Of a stretch of 64,000 nucleotides of DNA, positions 51,086-62,599 are shown one piece after another. This DNA is from Podarcis filfolensis (lineage: Eukaryota). The notes below the pieces were generated by a model. It was not told where the DNA came from, did not search any database, and was given only the letters and a program-made list of their open reading frames with translations. Numbering within the stretch: the first letter of the stretch is position 1; every line of letters begins with the position of its first letter. The stretch lies in assembly GCA_964270895.1 (NCBI GenBank), contig OZ185439.1; one strand, written 5' to 3'. The translations under genes and the position numbers were made by a program.

Positions 51086-52017
51086 GCTTAAACAATGATA
51101 TAAGAAAGATTGACATGGGGATATGCTGCCCCTATGGATCCTGTCGCCTGAGGTGGTCAGCTCACTTGGCCTCATGGGTTGTCTGGCCCTGAACTCAAAT
51201 TCCCATCAGCCTCAGCCAGGAGGCCAGTGGCCAGGGATTACAGTCAGGGATGATGGGAGGTGTAGTCCAACAGCATCCAGAGTGTCACAGGTTAAACTCT
51301 GGATTTAATGGATGGAGAGGGGCTCTTGATTCTGGATTTAATAGTCTTATGGAGGTAACGTGCATCCTTAGATGGTACCATCCTTAGATGGTAACATGCA
51401 TCAATTCAATTAAAAATGCTGTACTCCCTCCTTCTGCTGAGTGGAGCCCCAAGCTTCTGCCCCAAGGTCCTAGGACCAGCTGTACCACTGCTTGGATGTG
51501 TAACAAGTATGGACTGCACAAGCCTGTAAGGAATGATTCACTGATGCAATTGGTAGCCCAAGACAGTTGGGATGAGGAGCCATTTTTTAATAAGTAATTA
51601 ACCCCTTACTGTAGCTCTGATCATGGGTGTAACTAAGGCGGACAGCTAGATCCTCAAATATTATTATTTATTATTTTATTATTTTTTAAAAACAACAACA
51701 ACAACAACTCAACAACTTTGGCTGTCCCACCTCAACAAAAATCCTGGCTATGCCCATGGCTCTGATCACCAAAACTGTCACCTCAACAATTTCTTATGGA
51801 TGCTCATGTTTTCCAGGCCAGGTTGGAATAAAAAAATGATGTGAGTTTTCTGGTTCCCCCCAGCTTGAAAGCTCTAACAATGTTATACTTGAATTCTAAT
51901 CACAATGTGTGTGCCTGCTTGACTTGGACGCACAAGTGGACTCTGTCTTAAACGGCTTGTGGGTGCCATGCCCAAAAAGAGAGTATTTAATCTCTCTCCC
52001 AATGGCTTATCTTGCAG

Positions 52018-52581
52018 GAGTCTGCGATTGAACTGATCTTTGCTGCTTTCTTCACCACCGCCAGTGCTACTACTTCCATGATCCTCCTGTTGCTGAAACA
52101 CCCCTTGGTCATAAAAAAGATTCAGCAGGAGCTGGTGTCCCATGATCTCAACGGGCAGTGCCATTGCCGCGCTGCAGGAGATCCTCTGAGAAACCATCAG
52201 TCTTGCCCAGAGACTCTGGTCATCCATGGAAAAGAGAACAAAGACAGGGATTCCAATCCGCCTCTTCCTCCCAGGCTGGAAGGAGAACTAGACAGAGAGA
52301 CAAAGAGGGAAGTCAGAGTCCCTAAGTTGGGTCCCATTGCTACAGCAGCCCAAGGAACTGTCCATGAGACTACAAACTGCCCTCGCTCAGCAGCCAAACA
52401 AGAAGAAGCAAACCAAGTCCTCGGCGAGCTGGAAAGACATGAGCACTATTGTCAGTCTTACTTGACCCTGGAGAAGATGAGCCGCCTGCGGTACTTGGAT
52501 TGCGTCATCAAGGAAGTGCTACGTTTGCTGCCCCCAGTGTCCGGAGGCTATAGGACAGCCTTACAAACCTTTGAACTGGAT
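52018..52581 (+). CDS. CYP26C1: CYP26C1 coding exon 5
   Basis: ttgcag acceptor; 564 nt. Contains the I-helix [12 protein letters not shown], the K-helix ExxR (KEVLR) and [20 protein letters not shown]|GTGAGT donor. Confidence 0.95.
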
Positions 52582-53085
52582 GTGAGTTGTGCGGCTTGCT
52601 GCGTGGGTTGCTTTTGTGGATGTGCATGGAATTTGGGCTGGGTTGAGTTGGGTTTCACAAGGTTAGTCTGACCACTTCATAGGGGCCATGGCAGCCACCT
52701 TTATAGGGATCATGGGAAACACCCTCCTTTCCCAGTGATGCTATGTGTTTATCCTACTTGGGGACAAAAGATGTTGCAAGAAACAACAGGGGCACTTGGG
52801 GTTCACAAGTTAGAAACCTAATGGCCCCTGGGGTTTGCTGTGGGAAAGTATGATTGATAGAGTGCAGAAACTGGAATGGGGGGTTGGGCAGGGAAGCATG
52901 GGAGAGATGCAATGAACAGGAGACCCTGGTAGTAGATAGCTAACTGCGATGGCTTGTGAGAATGAAAGGAGTTGTGAAGAAGGTCCCATCAAATTTCAGT
53001 GAATAAACCATAGAACCGATTACTGAGACAGGTGCCTCAAGAGATAGACAGCTGGGGATTGGTAGGGTGTAATTGTTCAGGTCTC

Positions 53086-53452
53086 GGGAGGCGCTGTGGT
53101 CTAAACCACTGAGCCTCTTGGGCTTGCCAATCAGAAGGTCGGTGGTTCGAATCCCCGTGACGGGGTTCAGCTCCCATTGCTTGGTCCCAGCTCCTGCCAA
53201 CCTAGCAGTTTGAAAGCATGCCAAAAGTGCAAGTAGATAAATAGGTACGACTCTGGCAGGAAGGTAAATGGTGTTTCTGTGCGCTGCTTTGGTTTTGCCA
53301 GAAGCGGCTTAGTCATGCTGGCCACATGACCCGGAAAAACTGTCTGCGGACAAACGCCAGCTCCCTTGGCCTGTAAAGCGAGATGAGCGCCGCAACCCCA
53401 GAGTCATCTGTGACTGGACTTAACTGTCAGGGGTCCTTTACCTTTACCTTTT
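53086..53452 (+). mobile_element. Sauria SINE, full length, in CYP26C1 intron 5
   Basis: tRNA-like head (gcgctgtggtctaaacc; ggttcgaatcc B box), body ctcctgccaacctagcagtttgaaagca, and (ACCTTT)n tail (tttacctttaccttt), as in Sauria SINEs. Confidence 0.9.
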
Positions 53453-54792
53453 ACCAAAATGAATATGGCCACACTGGATGTTCATTAGACCAATTAGTAG
53501 GATTGCTGCCATTACAACTATTGCAACTGGAGCATCTATTGGGGAGAGTAGTAATCTGCAATGGAAGCTGTGCTTGGAGAATGTTTAAAGATTCATAAGC
53601 TGAAAGATTGTTGCAAGTGTGTTCCCCACAAAGTCCTTGATTTAACATCAGGGTTAAAAGGGATCTAACTCTCCATAGCTGCAACAAACTCCGCATAGTT
53701 ATAATTTTCTAGGTGATTCCACCTCAAGCTGTGGCTCACAGAACTACCAAACTGCTCTTTTAATCAGCTCAGATACCATTTCAAGTAAACTTGATTGCAG
53801 GCATGAAAGAGGAAATTGTTCCCTTTACAAAAAACCCCAAAACATTCATGCCAAATCAATGACCTCTTGTGCAGGACATGGAGTACTAGTCTCATTTATA
53901 TATTTAAATAAACTCCCAGAAAAGTGTGGGCTCTGGATCAAGCCCTATCTTGTTGTTGTTATACCATCAAATAGAAGGTGCCGTCCAGTATGTATTTATT
54001 TAGCAAAATGTACATACGACTTTATTGTCACAAAACCTCAAAGCAATAAATAGCACAACATGCTTGCTAAGTTGCCTTTGGCTGCCTGCATATGTGCAGG
54101 TAGGAGAGAAAGTGTGATAATGTGCATCTGAGAGTTGTATACCCCTTGAATATTAACATAGGCTGTTGACCCATCTAGTTGGGCTTCAAGCAGAGGTCTT
54201 CCCCAACCCTGCTGCCTGAAATCACTTTTTAGTTATGCCTCACCGATAATGGGAGCTGTCACACTGCATAAGAATTAAATTATGTGCCAAATATTGTAAG
54301 CATTGCTGCAGAGTAGTCTTTAGGTGCTGTGTCAGCTAGATTTATTCTTGCCTGGCTCTTACACTGTTAGGATTAGCATGCTCTCAAGGTGTTGCAAGAC
54401 CCACACCCTTCATCAAAGATAGAGGTCGATGTGGCGGGGAAAAATTAACAGGTTTTCTGTCAAATATTTGTTGCATACCCATTTCTATTCGACTGTTAAA
54501 CGGGATTTTGAATACTTCAGTGTACATTCCCTGAAGTTGTGATTCACACATCACTGAAACCATGGTATTTCTGCACCGCCCATTATAGGTCTCTTAACAT
54601 CTTAATAGGCTTGAGTTTCTGCTCAAGGGTAATGGTACGGGTGAGTTGAATTTGTGAGGCTTCCTCAAAGATGGGGGTCTGTCCTTGTGGATGCTCTAGT
54701 CTAGAAGTCGCTTCCTTTCTCCTTCCCTTTGCAGGCTGCCCTCTGCAGGTTGCTGTCTCTGGTGCTGATTTTGTTCTGTCTCCCTCCTGCAG

Positions 54793-55191
54793 GGCTGCCA
54801 GATTCCCAAGGGCTGGAGCGTGATGTACAGTATTCGGGACACGCACGAGACCGCCAGCATCTATCAGACTCCACCAGACATGTTTGACCCGGAGCGGTTT
54901 TGGGTGCCACCGGAGGAACGGGAAGAGCACAAAGGAGCTGGCCCCGTCCGCTTTCACTATATCCCCTTTGGTGGGGGAGTCCGAAATTGCATAGGCAAAG
55001 AACTGGCCCAGATGGTCCTCAAGTTGCTTGCTATTGAACTGGTCAGCACAGCCCACTGGGAGCTGGCCACAGCACACTTCCCTAAGATGCAAACGGTGCC
55101 TATTGTGCACCCAGTGGATGGCTTGCAGCTCTATTTCCATCCTCTGAAGCAGGGAAGAGAAAGCAGCGGAACCAGCAAGACAAAGACTTGA
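54793..55191 (+). CDS. CYP26C1: CYP26C1 terminal coding exon 6
   Basis: cctgcag acceptor; [25 protein letters not shown] motif and heme-binding [10 protein letters not shown]; TGA at 55189-55191. Total CDS is 1857 nt from 44296 (618 aa). Confidence 0.96.
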   Translation, partial: GCQIPKGWSVMYSIRDTHETASIYQTPPDMFDPERFWVPPEEREEHKGAGPVRFHYIPFGGGVRNCIGKELAQMVLKLLAIELVSTAHWELATAHFPKMQTVPIVHPVDGLQLYFHPLKQGRESSGTSKTKT

Positions 55192-56997
55192 GAACCATAA
55201 ACTTCACACGCATTTCCAGCTCAGGATCATGGCAGAAAATGTTTCCAGGACAAAACATCCGTCCTCTCCCAGTGTAGGTTTTTTCAGCTGGTGCAAGCCC
55301 ATTCCCTGTCTGTTGGTTGTGGGAGGGGAAAGGATGAAGTCCCTGTCTGTGGTCCTTAATGGGCTGTGAGTTTCCTATTAGCATCCATTCAGAGACATGC
55401 ATCTTTCTTAGTTGCACTTTTTGTTTGTGTGTGTGTGTGTGTGATGCCACTTTGGGATCTGGTTAGAGAAATCACGGTCCAAAGTTAGATGTCTCAGAAG
55501 GAATCCTAGGAAACATTGTTGTCAGTTTTCTATTAGGAGAAGCAAAGGATGTGTAGGTCAAGTAGGTCTTGTGTAGGTCAAGTAGAGGGTTTGTTACCTG
55601 AGAGTGTTCTGCACTGATAGTAGACCTAACGTGCTCCTGGAAAAGAGTCTTCAGAGCTCCTCGCAGCTTAGGACAAGATCGCTCCTCTGTTATCACAATG
55701 TAGTGGTGGGTCTGTTTCTGATGGGAAGGAAAGTCAATCAACCACTTGCCTGCCAAATAGATATGCTGTAAGTATATTGGAAGGCAGGCATGGGAACTGT
55801 CAGATGAGTGGTGGTGGTAGTGCCTGTCAGAGGGCAGGTGAAGGAGATGGTATGTGGATACATATACAGGTCTACTCAGGTGGAGTTCAATGGCACTGAC
55901 TCCCAGGTTAAGTGTGCCTGGGATTGCAGCCTGATTCATCTGCCAGACTGCATTGCTGTGGGCTGGTCTTAATTTCACACCATTTAGAAATGCAGACTAG
56001 TTATGGACCTGAGATGCTAGGCTTTTAGGAGAAATATGGGGAGGATTTCTTAGGTATGGTTTGCACCATGCATATATGTTATTCGATTTCTTATTTCTTC
56101 ATACTTCATAGCTGAATGTATGAGCCAACTCCATTGAAAACATTGAGGTGATATATAGATCCTATTTCTGGCATTCTGACCTGTGATGGCTCCTTGGTAA
56201 ATTCAGGTCATTAGACAATGATCATGCACTTAATCAAGCTTCACTTGGTCATTGGTCTGCTCAAGATGCTCTCTAGAAGCTCAGACCAAACTGCCAACGG
56301 GGTACAGCTCCCACAATGATGGCACTCTGCCCCCCCCCAAAAAACCCCAGTTCAAATAGCAGTGGTTGGGTTTAAATTAGTTCCAACTCACAAAGCAACT
56401 GGTTTGTAGATTGTGGCTTATGAGCACATACCTTTAATTCTGTACCCCTGTTCATTATAGGCCAATGCTGTGTATTGTATAAAATCTCTTATTCCTGAGT
56501 GGTGTTTCTGAAGTCCTCTGGAAATCTTTTGGCTCAAGAGTACTTTTAGTGCCCCTCTCCAGCTGATTATGAAAGCACTTCATAGAAATGAAGAAAAAAA
56601 AAAGTGAGTGGGTTATGCTGCTGGTGTGAGCCAAGGAGGAGTGGATAGTGGAATTGTAGAAGTGGTATATGTGGTTAATTTCAACCTGTGGACAGCTCCC
56701 ATGCAAATGTCCAAGCGTGTAGGATGCTGCTTTAGTGACATGGGTTGGACAAGATATCTTGGTAGCTTACAATATTGCAATAGCATCTTCCGTTTCTGAT
56801 GGAGATCTGCTTAAAGCTGCTGCTAGGAATTGCCATCTCTAGTGGCCCGCAGATTGTGGCATTTGGGATGATTTGAGAAGAAGAAAACCAGGCTGCTGGC
56901 TGTGAATTAGAAACTCAGAAAGAAGATAATTTTTTTAAGGAAACATGCAGGCGGTATGAATCTACAATGTGCAGAGCTGCAATGGGCATTCCTATTA

Positions 56998-57237
56998 CAG
57001 TGGTACCTTGGTTTACAAACTTAATCCATTCCAGAAGCCCATTCTTAAACCGAAACCGTTCTTAAACCGAGGTGTACTTTCCCTAATGAGGCCTCATGCC
57101 GCCAGTGCCCTTCCACCATTCAGATTATGTTCTTAGACCGAGTTAAGTTCTCAAACCAGGACACTACTTCTGGTTTTGTGGAGTTCATAAACCGAATCGT
57201 TTGTAAACAGGGCTGTTCTTAAACCAAGGTACCACTG
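56998..57237. mobile_element. Tigger/pogo-like MITE
   Basis: TIRs CAGTGGTACCTTGGTTT...AAACCAAGGTACCACTG; TA TSDs at 56996-97 and 57238-39. Confidence 0.88.
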
Positions 57238-57694
57238 TACTTGTAGACAGCAAGAAATACTGTATTGTTAGGGGTTTAGTTCTTGCTGTACACCTGTATA
57301 CACTTCACGTTTCAGGTGGGGGTTACTTGATTAAATGCTATTCCATACAAAAACAAAGCAAAGCAAAAAACTGGCATGCCTGATAGAAAGCTAGCCTAGA
57401 ACGCTTGTTTTTGACATCTCAATTTTCTGTGCACATGACTTTTTTGATTTGAGGAACTTTTAATCATGTGGGCTCCCCCTGCCAGCAGTCTGAAGTAGTG
57501 CATTCCAGGCACATGTTTGCCACCTCCTTGAGAACAAGGCCTTCCTTATAAGCAGCACTTCAAAGGTGTCCTTGTAATTCTGTCTTCCCTTAGGATGTAT
57601 ACACCTCAAGTAGCCTAGATGCATCAGATGTTGTATAGTGGTGTTGTGTGTTCAACATTGTACTGTGGTGACCACCATGCTGCTACAGACTAGC

Positions 57695-57700
57695 AATAAA
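57695..57700 (+). terminator. candidate CYP26C1 polyadenylation signal
   Basis: First AATAAA I saw downstream of the stop codon (ATTAAA also at 57330), followed by tgtttgagg. Would imply a 3' UTR of ~2.1-2.5 kb. Confidence 0.3.
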
Positions 57701-57949
57701 TGTTTGAGGTAACTTTGCTGTAGAGAACATAGCCCCCAGGTGAAATTCTGTACAAGTTTTCACCAGGGACAAGATCTTTCAGGAATGAACCGTGTCAGAA
57801 AGAAGTCCTGTCCAGTTTTGTTTATTAAAAATGTTTGTCATGACACACTGAGTAGTTGAGAGCTGGACTTGCCTTGGAGCATTCCGATAAGAACTTCACC
57901 TGGTTTTTGAGCCAGAACACCCATTAACCCTGCCACAATCATGCCTTAG

Positions 57950-58040
57950 GAAACACAAGAACACAAGAAGAGCCCACCAAAACAGGCCAATGGCTCATCT
58001 AGTCCAGCTTCCTGTTCCCAGAACAGTCAACCAGATGTAT
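57950..58040 (-). mobile_element. CR1-type 3' tail
   Basis: Reverse complement reads catctggttgactgttctgggaacaggaagctggactagatgagccattggcc...ggctcttcttgtgttcttgtg. Confidence 0.65.
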
Positions 58041-60414
58041 TCCCTTCTCAGGGAAAACCTGAGAAATAAACTCTGTTAACAGTGGTTGACATTCACAAAA
58101 AATGATCCTTGTTGTATACTGACTGACAAAGCAAGAGGAATTTAATTTGAGTCAAAAGTACTACGAGAAGGAAAGTATTCCTGATCGCCTTTTAGCATAG
58201 CAATTAACACTGAAATCCTAACCATGTGTTCTCAGAAGTAAGTCCTATTGAATTAAATGGGTCTTATGGACAGGTTAATTGGGGCTGGATTGCAGCCTTA
58301 ATTCTCAAGAAAGCCCATCTATCATTGCAGCAATGACTAAGGCTGAAAAATTTGGTCTTCTAAAGACCATTGGTGTGATTTATTCTCAACAGAAAACAAC
58401 ATTTTAAATTATTCTGACAACTATTGAAATTAGTTCAGGTGTTCACAGGACAGTCTGTGTTAACAGCAGAAGGGCACATTCTCCCTTATGTGAAATATGA
58501 GGAAATGCAGCTTTTAAAATATTGAACCTGTTAGGTTACATCAGGGGCACCAAGTCCCACCCACACTCAATCTAACCTTTTTTACTTTTCTGTATTGAGA
58601 TCTGAACATCCTGGCCCATCCACCTACACTTTCTCTGTTGTTGGCAGCAAAGCTAAAGTTTGGATTGCCCCCAAAGTGGAGCTCACCAAATTAAAGTTGT
58701 AGAACTAAGCTGGAGGCTTTCCTCCTTATGAAGAGACCATCTACTGAGTCTATCAGAGATCTTGATAGCTCAGCATTACAACCTTGGAAATACAGAACAG
58801 CATGCCTATTAGTGTCCTATCAAAGAAGCCCTCAGGTGGCAATCTTAGACACCCTTACGTGGGAATAAGTCCCATTGAACTCAGTGGGACCTGGAAGTAA
58901 GCCAGGAGTGGGGCATCTCCCAACCTGAGGGCCACACTCCTTCATGGGGAATATTCTGGGGACCACATGCCAGTGCTGGGTGAGGCAAAAGTAGACAGAA
59001 CAGCAGACATGACCTTTAACTTTGCACAGTAGGCCACAGTCCTCCCTGCAAAAGCCGTAGGTACTGGGGTAAAATTTTGTTTAATGCACAGCTTTGACAC
59101 CAATGGATGTATGGATGCCCATTTTAATATCATTTCAGTTCTAAGTAATGGCTACTGATGCTCTTGTTCTTTTGTGCATGACAGCATCTGTTCCAGATTT
59201 TTATTTGGTTGGATGGCACCTTGTAAGCCTCCTTCTGGCAACTCCTGCAGCCAAGGTGCTGCCAAGCATATTGCTCTGCTTTCCTTTGGACCACGTCAGT
59301 GAGGCTGAGGGGGGGGTCTTGCCATATTGGCAGCCCAGAACCTCCATATCCATGCGCTCCATTCTCTCTTGAGACAGACGAATGCCTACTATATACCACA
59401 AGTTTCTCATATATAACAAAACAAGTTAGTACAGACATTACTGGTAACTAGTTCATCCTACTAGTTATATGCACACAACAGAGAGTTATTTCCAGGTAAG
59501 AAGCAGTTGTCAAAGTTAAAATATAGCCATTTTCTCCACCTGGTGGCATTTAAAACAAACTACAACAGAATGCATCTTTGAGTTCAGTTATTTCTAAAGG
59601 GGTCTGTGACTGTATAATAACTGGTTGATTGTTTCTAATTGCTCTGTGGTTTGTACAGGAGAGGGTTTTTTAAAGCATTAAGATTAATAACAAGAGGAAT
59701 CAAAACAAACTTTCTTTGTGATCAATTTTACACCTCTTTGCTTCAGTGGATGGAGAGATGAATCATCCCATTGTTCCCACTCCTGCCAATTTTTACTGAA
59801 TACCAGGTTTCCACAACCTGGTGCCCTTGAGATATTTTGGACTACAACTTCTATCAGCTCCAGTCCAGTCCAGTCTCAGGTTGGGGAAGGATGCTTCACA
59901 CTATGTCTGAAATCAACTCCTGATTTTAGTTATATTCCTTCTCTTGCAGCTGAAACAAATTTGGGGAAAACATCATCCTAACTCAGTTGTGTTTTACAAA
60001 ATGTTAGGAATTTGTTTTCTGATAATTTGAATCCACTGACAGAGACAGGTGTGAATACTGTTAGGCTTAGGAGGGGGAGTTAAGGAGAAAAACAAAATTG
60101 GCAAATTGATACTGGAAAGTATTGCCTTAAAATTAATAAGCAAAGACAAATGTCAAAGCCAAAAAGTAAACCTTAAATTTTGAAAAAGGCTGAACTTTGA
60201 GTCTGTAAAAAGCTTCATTTCTACCTCCTCCCTGCAGATTTATAAAAATTGCTGCCTACCCAGCTTCCAATGCTCTTCAATTCACCATCAGGTGGAGATG
60301 GCACTTTCCTTTGTGCAATTTTTAAAACTGCGAATGGATCCATTCTTCTGTCCAGAGCCAATTTTTAAGGCAATATATTCATGCTTCTGTTTGGTGGGCC
60401 CCAAATAGTAGGTT

Positions 60415-60895
60415 TATTTGTTTGTTTGTTGAATTTATATACTGCCCTATACCAGGGCAGTTCACAGAAAAGATCACAATATATAATATCAAAATAAGAA
60501 CAATAACCCAATAACACCTCTCCGCAAAAGAGTCACATTTTAAAAGGGAATATGATGTCAGTCAGGTCAACCAAAGGCCTGGTTAAAAAGGAATGTTTTT
60601 GCCTGGTGCCTAAAGGTATATAATGAAGGTGCCAGGTGAACTTCCCTGGGGAGAGCATTCCACAGACAGGGGGCCACTGCAGAGAAGGCCCGTTCTCATG
60701 TTGTCACCCTCCTGACCTCTCAAGGAGGAGGCACACGAAGGAGGGCCTAAGAAGATCATCTCAGGGTCCGGTTAGGTTCTTATGGAAAGAGGCGGTCCTT
60801 GAGGTATTGAGGCCCTGAGCAGTTTAAGGCTTTATGGGTCAAAACCAGCACTTTGAATTGGGCCCAGAAACTAATTGGTAGCCAGTACAGTCGGT
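60415..60895 (-). mobile_element. L2-type LINE 3' end
   Basis: The + strand shows tttatttgtttgtttg, tttatatactgcccta, gggagagcattccacagac, gaggcggtccttgaggta and tttaaggctttatgggtcaaaaccagcactttgaattgggccc, the reverse of the squamate L2 3' region. Confidence 0.75.
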
Positions 60896-61734
60896 TCTCA
60901 TTATGGTGAGGTCTTGTTAGCTGTTATTACGTTTGAACAGAAACACTATTGCTGCAACCTCTGTCCTAGGTAAAATTTGCCTAAAATATTATCTTGAATA
61001 CTGCCTGTGATGAATTGATAGTGTGTAGCTGTACCATAATATTCCAGTGTTATTGCCAGTAAATGGCTGGCTTAAAATGGAGTTAGCAGAGGTGAAAGTA
61101 TCCTCTGCTTTGTTCTTATCACCAGATAATCAATCATGAAATGAAACAAGCATTTAAACATACAGTTTTCTTTAAAATATCTTATCTTATGTAAGGTTAT
61201 CTTCTTCTGCTTCCTGCTATGATTGCCACTGGTTTTACTTACACTGTAAGACACTCAGAACAGAAGTTCAGCAGATGGAGCACTACCTGTATAATCTTTA
61301 ATGTTTCAGAAACCCACATCTGCAGAATATTTGGTAGTCCTGCAGTTGTTAATCCTGCTTCCTATCAGGGGCCTCTGGAGTCAAAATACCAGCCCTGATT
61401 TCATTCACATTCTGAAAGGAAGATGCCTGTTGGGTTCACTGGACTTTAACCCTGGCCTAAATAAACTTCATTCATATCTAGTTAAAGTGTCTGATTAAGG
61501 GAGTCTTCATGTGCCTGACACCATGGCTTGAAACAGATTTATTGGGAATCAAGTCTCACTGCTATCAGCAGAATTTATACTGTCATTCTTGGTTTGACTT
61601 TTTATTAATATTCATTGGGGTTGTTGTCCCAGGAGTAAAACATTGTAGTTGATTAATTCTGTGAGTTCTAGTTGATTAAGTCATTGTTCAATCAACTGCA
61701 TTTTTATAAGTTTGCTTACAGCTAAGTAGTCCAA

Positions 61735-61782
61735 AACAAACAAACAAACAAACAAACAAACAAACAAACAAACAAACAAACA
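61735..61782. repeat. (AAAC)n microsatellite
   Basis: Direct reading. Confidence 0.95.
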
Positions 61783-61879
61783 AAGCATACAAACATGTGA
61801 CCAAGGCACCCCCTTACAAGACCTGTTTTCCACATGAGAAAGAACAGGGAACAGTTCTCCCAAGCTGCAGGTTTTATTT

Positions 61880-61975
61880 ATATAATTGTATATCACCACT
61901 TTGAGGGTGTTCCCCCCTCTAAAATTAAGCGGTATATAAATTTTATGAAACAAACAAACAAACAAATAAATATTA
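61880..61975 (+). mobile_element. L2/SINE-type 3' tail
   Basis: tgtatatcaccactttgaggg...aagcggtatataaattttatgaaacaaacaaac. Confidence 0.5.
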
Positions 61976-62599
61976 ACTTTTTTTAAAAAAAAATTGCTGC
62001 CTGAGTAACCAGCCACCTTTTCAGTAGACTAAGCTAAATTTCAAATGTAGGAAGTTGAGAAGCTTTAGAAAGTTTGTATGAGTTTTAACTTGTTTCGGTC
62101 TATTCAGTTGTAACTTTCTGTATGTTTTAAATTATGGTTGCAATTTTTTTAGGGATAATTTTTGGGTTTTATCTTTCCTGTAAACTGCTTTGAGGCTTTT
62201 CCCTACAATCAAGCAGTTAAAAAAAATATGAATTACGGTAAATACATTAGATTAAACAATAACTCAAGCAAACATTAAAGCCCTACTAGTCTTCCATCAT
62301 AAACTGGGATCAGAAGAGGGGATAAAAATACTCACCATTGACTTTTCACTTGAATGTGACTTATTAGCCGCCACCAGAAATTCCTATTTTTCAGAAAGAG
62401 GTGCTTTACCTGCCCTCCAAGTATCTCCTTTGGGGAAGAAAGGGCTTAATTGTCTAAAAACTTTAAAACAAAACAAAACAGATTTCTGTTCTGTTTCATC
62501 CTTCTTTTCTTGTGAAAAACTCTTGTCTGAAAACAGTGGGGTTGTTAGATAACTGTTGTTAGATAACCTTTGGACCTCCATAATAAGTCAGAGAGACCA

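Noticed and set aside
54583-55140. 185 aa minus-strand ORF
   Set aside because: Antisense shadow of CYP26C1 exon 6 with no independent coding signal.
56830-56848. CTCF-like tgccatctctagtggcc
   Set aside because: It needs a 2-bp gap to fit the core motif.
58432-58445. DR2-like AGTTCA-gg-TGTTCA
   Set aside because: The second half-site violates the purine at position 1, and the site is isolated in AT-rich sequence; expected by chance.
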